Positions 1 through 13,417 of a DNA stretch of 64,000 bases are shown piece after piece. Within the stretch, counting starts at the first letter, position 1; the number at the start of each line of letters is the position of its first letter. The stretch is taken from contig OZ024745.1 in the NCBI GenBank assembly GCA_964016885.1, positions 25,358,001 through 25,422,000 on the forward strand, in the 5' to 3' direction. Made by a program: the position numbers and the translations under genes. The notes below the pieces were generated by a model. The model did no database searches and was not told where the DNA came from. It was given only the letters and a program-made list of their open reading frames with translations. The stretch comes from Eledone cirrhosa (taxonomy: Eukaryota).

Positions 1-897
1 GCTGTAACAACAACAGAGAAGGATAAGAATAGGGGACCCCTTCCTTCTGTTAGCTCCAGTGACAAAAAACTGCAACAGTGAGGACATCACAGCAAAAACA
101 AAATAAAAAAAACAACAATAACAAGACAACAACAAAACTATAGCCACAATAGCAATACCATCTCCCCAACATCAACATCACTTTTCTACGAAAGAAACAA
201 CAATGATTGACGGAGTATAAAAACAACACAAGGTGGGTGGTGGTGTCAGGAGATCATCTTAAAAACTTCGGTGGATAATAGACTTTTCATGAAAACGTCA
301 TCAGACGTTCACATGACTGTAGGGCAAAAAATTCCACATGACGTGGGAAATTTCAGAATCATTCTCCTCGCCAAGAACACCTAACTGAGTGGGCTTTTCA
401 GATCAGAAATAAGTGTCCTCTCTCACTTTTTCTCCACCCATCGTTATATAAATACAGGGCTGCTTTTTTTCCCTTTTTTATTTTTTAAAATTATTACTTG
501 TCTCACTAACTTTCTTTGATTATCAACTGTAAGAAGTACTTGATACTTCCCCTAGTCTGTCATGGCTTACTAGCTCTATACGGACGTTGAAATTGATTAA
601 ATAAATAAATGAATAAATAAGAGTCTGCCTGGAAGGAAGGTGAGTTGCTTAACGATCTCAGATAACGAGATACATATGTGGTAGTCAGCAGTATTTCCAA
701 TAAGCGAGTACTCACGCCTTTTGACAATTACGAGGTATACGCATCTTTCTGTCGGCCTGGATCAAGCTGGATGGTAACATTTTTTCCAGAAAGAGATAAA
801 GTATAACAAAGTAGTACAGATAGCAAACAATAAATTATGTAAAAGGCTGCTGGTTATCAGAGTAAAAGAGTCGATTAGAAATGATTATATATACTAT

Positions 898-1010
<113 letters not shown>

Positions 1011-1022
1011 CATATATGATCA

Positions 1023-1110
<88 letters not shown>

Positions 1111-1112
<2 letters not shown>

Positions 1113-1314
1113 CGAAGGAAGAGTGGTAAGGAACCAGATGGACCATAACTCACCAGAGTACTCAATACTTAGGGTAATAGAGTGGGTAATAGGAAAATGT
1201 TCAAGACGGCAGAGCTCAAGCCGTTTCGACGGCTATTTGTGGACGGTATTTCTGAGTCCAGAAATAGCCGTCGAAACACGGCTTGAGCTCTGCTGTCGGG
1301 GTATTGAACATTTT

Positions 1315-1318
<4 letters not shown>
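1111..1318 (-). mobile_element. Family A fold-back element in (TA)n (PLE pLTR-like)
   Basis: Inverted arms GACGGCAGAGCTCAAGCCGTTTCGACGGCTATTT / AAATAGCCGTCGAAAC..GGCTTGAGCTCTGCTGTC, plus an ~80-bp unique tail AACGAAGGAAGAGTGGTAAGGAACC. Further copies at 2216-2333, 19831-20030, 21481-21545, 23060-23113, 30712-30800, 30829-31023, 33690-33892, 39674-39770 and 56051-56254. Confidence 0.85.
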
Positions 1319-1365
<47 letters not shown>

Positions 1366-1393
1366 GCATACACTCATACATACATATATATAT

Positions 1394-1712
1394 ATATAAT
1401 AACTAGAAATTGATTAACATATAAATATACATGAATAATCACAGGAGATCATTTTTGCTTGCGTGTAACCACGCATAGCTAGTATAGGTAATATATACTA
1501 GCTATGCGTGGTTACACGCAAGCAAAAATGATCTCCTGTGATTATTCACGTATATTTATATGTTAATCATTCTCTAGTTATTATAATATGCTCAGATTTA
1601 TTTATCTTTGAGCTTAAATTCCCAGGATATATGGCGCATGCATTATGTCATGACACTCATGATTTCGATTTAGATTAAATTCATTTAATTCATTTATCTT
1701 AATTTTGGACTT

Positions 1713-1714
<2 letters not shown>
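1394..1714 (+). mobile_element. Fold-back element (~90-bp arms + ~130-bp tail) in (TA)n
   Basis: 1394-1485 is the reverse complement of 1493-1585. Unique tail to 1714, then (TA)n. No HHR retained. Confidence 0.75.
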
Positions 1715-1760
<46 letters not shown>

Positions 1761-1764
<4 letters not shown>

Positions 1765-2114
1765 AAAAAGAGATGAAATCGAAAATACAACTGGAGTCTT
1801 ATTTAAAAAAAAAATATATATATTTATTTGGTTCTTTTACCGGTTTCGCAGTTCTTCTGCTTTTCAAAAGGTGAGTTGAGATGGAGGGTCTGTGGTTTTT
1901 CTTACATCATGTGAGAAAAACCACAGACCCTCCATCTCAACTCACCTTTTGAAAAGCAGAAGAACTGCGAAACCGGTAAAAGAACCAAATAAATATATAT
2001 ATTTAAAAAAAAAATAAGACTCCAGTTGCATTTTCGATTCCATCTCTTTTTCCTTTATACTTTCACTCGTGTAGGACACCTCGGTTATTTTTCAATTTGT
2101 AAAAAAAACCTCAC

Positions 2115-2120
<6 letters not shown>
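1761..2120 (+). mobile_element. Family C fold-back element with U3-A8 hammerhead
   Basis: ~145-bp inverted arms centred at ~1908, plus tail CTTTCACTCGTGTAGGACACCTCGG...CCTCACTTTCT; (TA)n on both sides. Copies at 21179-21288 (collapsed), 27909-28121 (single arm), 29941-30120 (diverged) and 47168-47569. Confidence 0.85.
1945..1982 (+). ncRNA. Type I hammerhead ribozyme, U3-A8 core variant (mirror copy 1834-1871 minus)
   Basis: CCTT-TTGAAAA-GCAG aagaa CTGC-GAAA-CCGG-TA|AAAG; helix I is imperfect in this copy. Confidence 0.65.
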
Positions 2121-2213
<93 letters not shown>

Positions 2214-2423
2214 TGTAGGAAAAAAGAATCAGAACCCCGACGGCAGAGCTCTTATTACCCACTCTACTACCGAAAGTATCGAGTACACTGGTGCGTTATG
2301 GTCCACCTGGTTCCTTACCCCACTTCCTTCGTTATATACACACATATATATATATATTTAACACACACACACACACAGACATATAAATATATATACATAT
2401 ATACACACACATCTCTCTCTCTC

Positions 2424-2493
<70 letters not shown>

Positions 2494-2859
2494 CTTTTTA
2501 TGTAACAATGTACCATTATTCAGACAGGAATATATAAAATTGTTTCACTGCATGCTATTTCACTTGGGTAACCAAGGTCAACATAGTTAACACCACCACC
2601 ACCACAACCACCACCACCACCACCACCACCAATAACACTGCCAATCTTAGAGCTATCGAAGACAGTAGAAGTATTCTAGTCACTTCACTTAGTTTCAACA
2701 TTTAAATATTTAAAGCATAACTGTATGACTCTCAGTTATTTTACAAGCAATTATACAGACCTCCAGCATTTATCTTACTACAACTTCCTCTTCAGCATCA
2801 AACTTCTATTCAAATAGTTCGGTGTTAAATTGTCTTTCAATTTACAAACAAATTAATTA

Positions 2860-2955
<96 letters not shown>

Positions 2956-2963
2956 GAGAGAGA

Positions 2964-3018
<55 letters not shown>

Positions 3019-3729
3019 TGAGCGTGCTCCAATTTAATCATTTTAAAAAAAGATTTTTCGTAGTTTTGAACACTATTGTTGTTAAATCCATATATGTCTT
3101 ATCGTTTCGAAACCTCGGTTCCATCTTCAGAATCAGAAAAGTCCTACTAGTGGCGTATTGGTCACGTGCTTAACAGTGGTCATGAAGAGAGAGAGGCCTT
3201 GGTGAAGAGAGCAATGTTTGAAAGTAATGGAAAGACCAATGATATTGAGAGCTTTTTTCTGGTAAATCAGGATGCTCGTGAAAATCATTCTATCAATTCA
3301 TATATGAAGTGTTTAAAGCAACTACATGAACTATATCTACGGAAACCTACACCACTTCACAGATAATCTGTTTCGACGGCAAGGGTCGTTGTCCTAAATA
3401 TGAATGTCACAGATAGCAGTTATCATTTCAACTCCTGTGTGTCCATTTCGTAAGGAAATCGAAATACAGCCATAAATCGCCGAAGAAAATAATTATAAAA
3501 CATATAAATAACCATTACTTTCGTCTCCATCACTCAACACTCGAATGCCTCTGTGTAGGACTAATCCAATAGCGATGGCTATAGAATATATACAACTTAA
3601 ATGAAATTCACAACAGTTTTAGAATTCTTAAAATTATCTTTGGCAACAGAACCCCTTTTTTGGTGAGTGCTTAAAAATATTTGACCACTTTTTTCTTTTA
3701 AATTTCCAGCGCCTCATAAGGTTTATTTA

Positions 3730-4100
3730 TATTATACATTTACCAACAGTTTGTACTGTGGTATATTATCTTCACGAGGTGTTATCTGAACACGACAAAG
3801 ATTTGGGCACCTTCTGAGAGTATCGGTCATTCCAGTGATGCCAAATAGCCTTGAGGCTAACAGAGAATGCTGGAATATATTTGACCCATACCAGACTGCA
3901 GCACGCTCTTCCTTATCTATGTAGCCACTACACCAAACTGTCTGCAGCTGTAACCATTCCAATCTTGCTTGAAATAATTTGTTTTACTTTTCGCTGATGA
4001 TTGGTTCTTTGCGCTTAGCTTTAATATTTCTCTTACATGGGGACCACATCCATGATGAAGTATTTTGAGCTTTCCTCTTACATTCAAGGATCCTTGTTTC
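3730..4100 (-). pseudogene. Possible decayed CR1/Jockey-type LINE 3' fragment
   Basis: Frameshifted peptides VRGKL..WMWSPCKRNI and ..SRLF resemble post-RT motifs; weak. Confidence 0.3.
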
Positions 4101-4272
4101 TTCTGCTATCCTTCTTCGAATCAGAGTCAAATCAACTAGATCCATAATGGATATCTAGTTACATACCTACGATATCCCACCTCTGCTGGGAACACCGTAC
4201 AACACACACCTCATGTTTCACATGATTCCTCAAGGGATTCATATTTTAAACTTTTTCTTTCATAAACCCAGT

Positions 4273-4545
4273 GGAGGTGCGTGGTAAGGGGTAAAGGTGT
4301 TGGATCTACGATCATAATGTCGTAGGTTCGATTCTTGGACTGAGTTGTGTGTTGTGTTCTTGAGCAAACCACTTCATTTCACGTTGCTCCAGTATACTCA
4401 GCTAAAAATTAGTACCAGCAATAGCTGGAGGTTTAACCCTGTGCTGGACTGGCGTTATATCCAGGGGGGAGTCGTGTGCTCTCAGTCGCTTCATGCTACG
4501 GGACACCGGCATAAGCACTGGCTTGATGAGCTTCCAGGCTCGAGA
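4273..4545 (+). mobile_element. tRNA-derived SINE, second family
   Basis: A/B-box-like head (GTGGTAAGGGG..GGTTCGATTC), central TGTGTTCTTGAGCAAACCACTT, 3' AACCCTGTGCTGGACTGGCG..CCAGGGGGG. Confidence 0.65.
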
Positions 4546-6270
4546 CAGACTTTTCATAAACCCACTCCATATTGCCTTTCCTAGACACCGCCAGTTCAAC
4601 AATCATAATATATGTGTGTGTTAATTAGAATACATAAATGTACAGATATTGGAAAGTGTATCATATAACATTATATTAGCTTGCAGTTCTTTCTACAGAC
4701 TTCTTACTGCTTCTAGCATTCCTCGATTCGTCTGGGAATCTCTAACACTGACCTGCATCCTTAATAACTAGGACTTTCTTTATAAGGGAGAGAGAGACAT
4801 GTCTACTTTTCATTAGCCTTCTTTATTTATAGAACTCCAGTTTAGAAAATAATAACAATTTACAGAATATTTGGGACTTATTTATTTTAACGTCTTGTTT
4901 TCATCTTTGTTCACTTAATATCATTGATAAGTTCTATAGAAAGCCACTGGAGTGCTGCTACCGCTGCAGCTGTCGATGTTGTTGCAGATACGAAGTCACG
5001 GTGTTGTTGTTGTTGTTGTAAGTGTTAGTGTTGTTTAGCCTCCAAGTCAATCCTGATCGAAAAAAGGCAGGAAGGGACATCGCCCATGGCTTTTCACAGA
5101 TTTCATCGAGACTGGGCGAAAGGAAGAAGAAATCTCAGTCCGGAAACTTGATTCGAATCTTTCCAACAGAGTGGAGTCCTCTCAAGGCATCTACATGTAA
5201 GGGAAGGGGTGTATGTGTTAAATAATCAAACAGAGGGTATTATTGGTATTCAATTTAGTAGTTGTGAACAAAATTTTCCTTTTTATCCAAAATGTCGAAT
5301 ATCGCAAATAATATTTTATCTGGATTTCAAACGCTGCGAATAATGGTTTCTATGTAAAGTAAATGAGAGACATTTTAGTTATATACCATAAAATAAATAT
5401 GGTAGGGATGTGATTAGGGTACATTCATGCCTCATTTTTAATAACATGCTGGAAAAGCCGCAGGCTCGTTATGTCATACGTTGTTGATATTGTTGTTGTT
5501 ATTACTAATGTTGCGGGGCGGTGGATTGACTGTATCGTTAGAGCGTCCGACAACATGACTCGCGGCATAAAGTTACGGCCCTTTGCGTTCTGATCTCAAA
5601 TCCTGCCGATGTTACGGAGTCGATAAAAAAAAATACCAGCTATCCACTGGGGATCGATTTATTCGCCTTACCCCTATCCCAAAATTGTTGGCCTTGTGTC
5701 TAGACCAGACATCGTTATTTCTAATGTTGCTTTATCCCAGGTTACACTTGATTAAGTTGACTCATGTTCAAATGTATTCTAATCATGACTATATGGTCTT
5801 TCCATGTTTTAAGACTGTTATTTATATAAGATTGAATAACAACATAGGGGCTTGCTCGTGAACTTCTTGTACGAGATTTTTAAGGCACATATTTATTAGC
5901 CCAAGGTCGGTCTTGATAGGACAGACAGACATATACTCAATTACATTACAGCCATGATTATACTGTCTTTTATTCAGAAATAGTATATTCCAGCTAACAA
6001 TATCAAATATGTTTTCTTATAAGGGTGTGCCTTGGAGGATATTTGGCTGCTACTTCTAGCAAGAAGGCAGCAGCTGTTTAGCACAGTAGTTAATTCACTC
6101 GCCTGGTATCCGAGAGATGCGAAGTTGGATACCTTGCAGAAACACTTATCAACTTTTTCCCGTTTCTACGAGCACATTACTCGGTTTTTCAACTATTATT
6201 CATAGTGATCAATTATTAATATTATGGTCATTTATGTTGGGACGATTGCATTTCAAATTTATGCACTACT

Positions 6271-6338
<68 letters not shown>

Positions 6339-6459
6339 GTATATATGTATGTGTGTGTATATATATATATGTATATTTATATATATGTATATATATATGT
6401 ATATGTGTATATATATATGTATATATATATGTATATATATATATATATATGTGTGTGTG

Positions 6460-6492
<33 letters not shown>

Positions 6493-6551
6493 GTATATAT
6501 ATATGTATATGTGTATATATATATATGTATATATATATGTATATATATATA

Positions 6552-6584
<33 letters not shown>

Positions 6585-6725
6585 GTATATGTGTATATAT
6601 ATATATAAGTATATATATATATGTATATATATATATGTATATGTGTATATATATATGTATATATATATATAAGTATATATATATGTATATGTGTATATAT
6701 ATATGTATATATATATGTATATGTG

Positions 6726-6757
<32 letters not shown>

Positions 6758-6875
6758 AGTATATATATATGTGTATATATATATGTATATATATATGTAT
6801 ATGTGTATATATATATATATATGTATATATATATGTATATATATATATGTATATATATGTATATATATATATATA

Positions 6876-7040
6876 TGTTTATATATATTATTTATATATT
6901 TATATATTTATTTATTCATATATTAGGCGATTCAGTAGATTTGTGGTTTAAACCACAAATCTACTGAAACACGTAATATATGAATAAATAAATATATAAA
7001 TATATAAATAATATATATATATATAAACATATATATATAT
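6876..7040. mobile_element. Fold-back element retaining the HHR 3' half
   Basis: Palindrome centred at GGTTTAAACC (~6950). Right arm reads GAAA-CACG-TA|ATATATG. Embedded in a TA-type microsatellite. Confidence 0.6.
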
Positions 7041-7442
7041 ATATAATAAAAGTATGTGCTCCTACATGTAAATAATACACATAGGGATACAAGTATAGTC
7101 CGACCGTATGCCAGTATGGTTCAATGGCAAGTTAATAAATTAAGAGATTGACCTGTCTATCTTGCTTTCAGTCTTTGCACACGGTACTAGACAAAATTGT
7201 TTCATCATTCATTTGCTCTTATTCTGGGGCAGTTTTGTATGGCGCCAGTTTGTAATTTGAACTCGAGAATTTTATATTCTCCGAAAGAGAAAAGCCTTCT
7301 GACCAGGATCTCTTTCTCAATGTAAATCCGCTTGGATTATCTATTTGTTTGGCATCTGAAACCGCGGTAAAGGCACATATAGTAAGTACAGTGAATGTTT
7401 TGAAATTTATTTTAAAATTTGTTCTTTATTTGCTTTCCCTTG

Positions 7443-7499
<57 letters not shown>

Positions 7500-8016
7500 G
7501 TGTGTGTGTGTGTGTGTGTGCGGAGAGAGAGACAGGGAGAGAGAGAGTCGCTCAATATGGCAGAAATAGCAGTCAAATCTCATTAACTTACATTGTATAA
7601 TTCGAAAAGTGAAAGGACATATTGAATAATGTAGGTTTAGATATTATACATTATGCCTGAAGAAAAACGAGGAGGTTGTCACTCCTAGAACACCTTTGAT
7701 CATACACATGATATGTTGCTAAACTACAGTTACAACAACTGGTGGTCTCAGATCATAGTTCTGCATCAGGAAAGTTCCTCCCCTTATAAGGCTCAATCCT
7801 AGGCGAGGTTTTATGTCAAAGACCAGTTGTCACCCAGGAAGCCTTTCGGCGCTAAGGGGCTTTTGAGGTTTAAACCTCTCCAATAATGTGGAAACTTGTT
7901 GAATGATCTTAAAGTTCTGTTAGTTAAACAATTGTATTACTGCTCACATAAGTAACCATCAAAGATGTAAATAACTGCGAATGCTTTTATGTCTATCATT
8001 ATTAAAACACACAAAC

Positions 8017-8229
8017 GGTGGATTGGTAGTATCGGTAGAGGGTCGGACGCCATGTTTTGCAGCATAGAGTTACGGCCCTTTATGATCCGAGTTCAAATCC
8101 TGCCGAGGTTAACTTTGCCTTTCATCCTTACGGGGTCGATAAAATAAAGTACCAGTCACGCACTGGGGTCGATTTAATCGACTTTCCCCTCCCCCAAAAT
8201 TGCTGGCCTTGTGCCTATATAAAAAAAAA
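8017..8229 (+). mobile_element. tRNA-type SINE (octopod-like family) with 20-bp TSD
   Basis: B-box-like GAGTTCAAATCC; body CTTTGCCTTTCATCCTTACGGGGTCGATAAAATAAAGTACCAGT; TSD CATTATTAAAACACACAAAC at 7997 and 8230. Confidence 0.85.
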
Positions 8230-8859
8230 CATTATTAAAACACACAAACACACAAACAATGCACTTTATAACTATTGTACAGTATATATACGTAACCCCC
8301 CCGCCCCCATCTCTGAACTGTAACGGAAGCTCTGGCCCATGCATACAAGTCTACATTCTCCACACCACAGACATTGTTAAGCCCATACAGCTTGGAAATA
8401 GTGGCATCAGCTAGATTTGAACTCAGAAAGCAAAGGACAGAAAGAGACACTGTAAGAAATCTTGTCTGATGCTCTAACCATTCCATCAATCCATCGTCTT
8501 TGATTTATTTGTCAATTTCGAAAGAAGGTAAAGTTGACCTCGACAAGATTTGAACACAGAACACAGACAACTGGACCAAATAGCCCAAAAGCATCCGATC
8601 CAACACTTTAACAACCTTGTCATTCCATCGTCTCTGACCTGGTGATTTATGTGTCGACCTTAAAAGAATGAAAGGCAAAGTTGACCTCGGCAGGATTTGA
8701 ACTTAGAACACAGACAGCCGTAAAAAAAATTACCACTAAACATTTAATCCGGCATTCTAACTAATTCGTTAATTCGCTGCCATAAGAGTACTAGGAATGA
8801 ATTGATAAAAGAACGAGGTGGAAGAGATGGAATGGAAAAAGTGAGTCGTGAAACTGCGT

Positions 8860-9040
8860 AGTTGTAATTGCGGGAGGGACGAAGAAATGAAGGAGGAGGA
8901 GCAGCAGGAGGAGGTGGAGGGGTGCAGGAGGGGGAGGAGAGACTATGTAAGAAAGTGAGATGAAAATGATGTCACGTGGTTGGTTGGTAACCAAAAAAAA
9001 AAAAAAGACGTTTCAAAGACAAGGAGAGCCATGAAGAAAA

Positions 9041-9096
<56 letters not shown>

Positions 9097-9605
9097 TTTG
9101 ATGGATACCATGTCTGAACATTTGTTGGGGTGAAGAGGTGGGAGGAGAAAGAAGAGGTCGAGGTGGCGGAGGAGTATAAATCTTTGTGTAAGTAGGAGGG
9201 GTGGAGGAAGCAATGGAAAAGAAAGGAACCATGTGAGAAAAGGTTTTTTTTTTTTTTAAAGGGAATGGATCAGAAGTAGAGGTCGACAGAGACGGAGGAG
9301 GAGGTGACAGAAGAGGGGAGGAGTAGGAGGAGGAGAAGAAGAAGAAGAAGAAGAAGAAGAAGAAGAAGAAAGTAATAGTTGGAGAAGACAACAAAGTTTC
9401 ATAACGGAGGGAAAGAGAAGAGAAGAGAGACAGATAAAACTAGAGAGAGAGGGTGAGAGAAATGTAGAGAGGGTAAGAGAGGGTGAGAGAAATGTAGAGA
9501 GAGGCAGAGACAGACAATGGAGGAGTAATAGGAAGAGTGAAACGAGGAAATAGGAATTAGAACGAGTTACAGTGAATAGCAGTGTAAGATAAATGGACAG
9601 GCACT

Positions 9606-9681
<76 letters not shown>

Positions 9682-9893
9682 AATATATATACATTCAAAT
9701 ATATATACATACATATAAATATATATATATGTCTATATATATATATATATACATACATACATATATATATATACATACTCATATACACAACACACACACA
9801 CACATATATGTATATATATATACAAACATATACATACATACATGCATACATATATGCATACATACATACAAATGTATACATATACATACATAA

Positions 9894-9959
<66 letters not shown>

Positions 9960-11284
9960 AGATAGATTGATAGATAAAGAGAGAGAAGGAGAAAGAGTGA
10001 GAGAGATTTAGCTCAAATGGAAAAGAAACTAAAGAAGGGAGAACTGAGGTGAATGAGTGAAAGGCAGTGGTAACTGTATTAGAGAGGGGTAAGATGGATT
10101 TAGTAGTAGTATTAGAGGGAAACAGGAGAGGTAGAGAGAGAGAGAGAGAGAAATAGAAAGGGAGAGGGTGAGAGAGATAGGAGGAGGAGACGAAAAAAAG
10201 GGGGAGACATGAAGAGTAGACGAGAGAGAGAGAGAGAGAGAGTGTGTGTGAGAGAGAGAGAGAGGGGACAGACGAAAAGGAGGGTGACAAAAGAGAAGGA
10301 TATGAGAGAAGAGGCGAGAAAAGCGGTGGTGAGAGAGGGGAAGATGAAAGGGGGGGGGGGTAGAATGGAAACGGAGACAAGTGAGAGAAAAGGAGAGGTA
10401 GAGAGAGAAAGAGAGAGAGAGACAGAGAGAGAGAGCTGTTGGTAGAGAAAAGTGAGTAGGTGAGAAAGAGAGAAGTAGTAGGCACAGTGATACAGTGAGA
10501 GAAAAAGAGAGAGGAGGAGAAAGAGAAAGATAGAGAGAAATAAGGTAATAAAGAAATAAAGAAAAATAAATGATTGATATAAGGTGGAATAGAGTCGACT
10601 GAGAATATACACACATACTGAGGAGAATGTATACACACATACATGTATAACATAAGCTAAACACACATACACACACATACATACATGTATAACATAAGTT
10701 AAACACACACACATACATGTATAATATAAGCTAAACACACACACATGCATGTATAATATAAGCTAAACACACACACATACATGTATAATATAAGCTAAAC
10801 ACACACACATACACACACGCACACACACATACACACACATGCATTCAAACAAATACATGCATGCGTACATATATAAGTATATATATATATACATACATAG
10901 ATACATGCATGCATACATATATACACACATGCGTACATATATACATGCATGTCTACATATATACATACATAAATGCATATATGCATGCATGCATACATAC
11001 AGATATACATACAAACATGTATACATACATACATAATACAAACATATACATACGTATATATATATATTCATGCATACATAAACAATACATGCATACATAA
11101 TACATACATACATAATACATACATAATACATACATATACATACATATATATACATACATAATATATACATACATAATATATACATACATAATACATACTT
11201 ATATACACACGTGTGTGTTCTTGTGAGTAAGTCTATCTGTTGGTCTAATTATGTAAATCTCCCTCTCTCTTTCTCACTATCGGG

Positions 11285-11323
<39 letters not shown>

Positions 11324-11330
11324 TATACAT

Positions 11331-11388
<58 letters not shown>

Positions 11389-11538
11389 TGGTAAGAGAAA
11401 GAGAAATAGATTTTCATGATTAGCCACACACACACACATATATATATGTATATATACATACATATATATATATATAATACATACATATATATATATAATA
11501 TATATTATATATATATAATATATATTATATATATATAA

Positions 11539-11636
<98 letters not shown>

Positions 11637-12350
11637 GGGGAGAGAGAGTTGGAGAGAAACTGACAGAGAGAATGAGACAGGGAAAAAGAAAAGATTTTGA
11701 TAGATAGGTAGGTATTTAGATAGAGAGAGATTGTGAGAAGAGCAGCATAGGCAGAAATAGCAGAGAGGAAGAGCGGGGGAGAGAGCGATAAAGTGTGTGG
11801 AAAAGAGAGTGAAACAAAATAGACGAAGAAAGGGGTAGAGAGTGATAGAAAGATAGATAGATAGAGTTAGATAGATAGATAGATAGATATAAAAAGGGGA
11901 TGGAAAATAGAACATTTAGAGAGTTAGACAGAACGAGAGGAGAAAGCAGAAATATAGAGAATTAGAGAGAGAGAGAGAGCGGGGGGGGGGATAGAGAAAA
12001 CCTAGAAGGGGACAGAAAGAGTTTGGTAGATAGAGGAGAAAAAATAGAAGGATAGAGAGAAAGAGAGAGAGAGAGAGAGAGGGGAGGAAAGAGAGAGAGA
12101 AAGAGAGAAGGAGAAAGAGAGTTGTAGAGAAAGTGGAGAGAACGTAGAAAGATAGAAGTTAGACAGAAATAAGAGATAAAACACAGAGAGAGAGAGGGTT
12201 AGACAGAAAGAGGTAGAGAGAGAAAAGAGAGAAAAATAGAAAGAGTAAAAGGCAAGAGAGACAATGACACAGTTGGGGAGGGGTGGGGGAGAGAAAGCAA
12301 TGACGAGGAAGGAAAGAAAGAAGTGAAAGAAAGAAAGAGCAAGAGAAAGT
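8860..12350. repeat. Purine-rich and ACAT/TA low-complexity tract
   Basis: Degenerate GA, GAA, ACAT, TA and GATA repeats; four 34-42-bp ACATGTATAAYATAAGCTAAACACAC units at 10641-10810. Confidence 0.85.
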
Positions 12351-12466
12351 GTAGCAATGGAGTGGGTTTTTTTGAGGCAGACGATATATAAATACGCAAT
12401 AAACGAGCTGTTGGACGCTGTCCACGTGATTCTATCATGTTGTTGGAGAACATGATGGCTGTTATA

Positions 12467-13400
12467 GGTAGTGGTGGTAGTAGTAGTAGTGGTAGTGGTG
12501 GTAGTGGTGGTAGTGGTAGTGGTAGTTGTTGTGGTGGTGGTGGTAGTTGTGGTGCTAGTGGTAGTTGTAGTGGTGGTAGTGGTGGTAGTGGTAGTGGTGG
12601 TAGTGGTGGTAGTGGTAGTGGTAGTTGTTGTTGTGGTGGTGGTAGTTGTGGTGCTAGTGGTAGTTGTAGTGGTGGTAGTGGTAGTGGTGGTAGTGGTGGT
12701 AGTGGTAGTGGTAGTTGTTGTGGTGGTGGTGGTAGTTGTGGTGCTAGTGGTAGTTGTAGTGGTGGTAGTGGTGGTAGTGGTAGTGGTGGTAGTGGTGGTA
12801 GTGGTAGTGGTAGTTGTTGTTGTGGTGGTGGTAGTTGTGGTGCTAGTGGTAGTTGTAGTGGTGGTAGTGGTAGTGGTGGTAGTGGTGGTAGTGGTAGTGG
12901 TAGTTGTTGTGGTGGTGGTGGTAGTTGTGGTGCTAGTGGTAGTTGTAGTGGTGGTAGTGGTGGTAGTGGTAGTGGTGGTAGTGGTGGTAGTGGTAGTGGT
13001 AGTTGTTGTTGTGGTGGTGGTAGTTGTGGTGCTAGTGGTAGTTGTAGTGGTGGTAGTGGTAGTGGTGGTAGTGGTAGTGGTAGTTGTGGTTGTGGTGGTA
13101 GTAGTACTGGTAGTGGTGGTAGTAGTGGTAGTGGTAGTTGTGGTGCTGGTGCTGGTGGTGGTAGTAGTATTGGTGGTAGTGGTAGTAGTAGTAGTAATGG
13201 CGGTGGTGGTAGTAGTGGTAGTAATGGTGGTAGTTCTGGTAGTGGTAGTTGTCGTAGTAGAGGTGGTATTGGTATTTGTGGTGGTGGTGGTAGTGGTAGT
13301 GGTGGTAGTGGTGGTAGTTGTGGTGGTGGTGGTAGTGGTGGAGGTAGTGATGGTAGTGGTAGTAGTAGTTTTAAGGTTGTTGATAGTGGTGATAGTGATA
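12467..13400. repeat. GGT/AGT/TGT trinucleotide-derived array with 189-bp (99+90) higher-order unit
   Basis: GGTGCT landmark at 12551, 12650, 12740, 12839, 12929 and 13028. Confidence 0.9.
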
Positions 13401-13417
13401 GAGTGTTGGTAGTGTAA

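Noticed and set aside
8080-8110. GAGTTCAAATCC as a tRNA T-loop
   Set aside because: Part of a dispersed SINE; no cloverleaf.
12437-13417. Gly/Ser/Cys-rich 326-aa ORF resembling loricrin or keratin-associated proteins
   Set aside because: Almost entirely GGT/AGT/TGT codons, other frames are also open, and there is no signal peptide or gene context. Cannot be excluded without RNA data.
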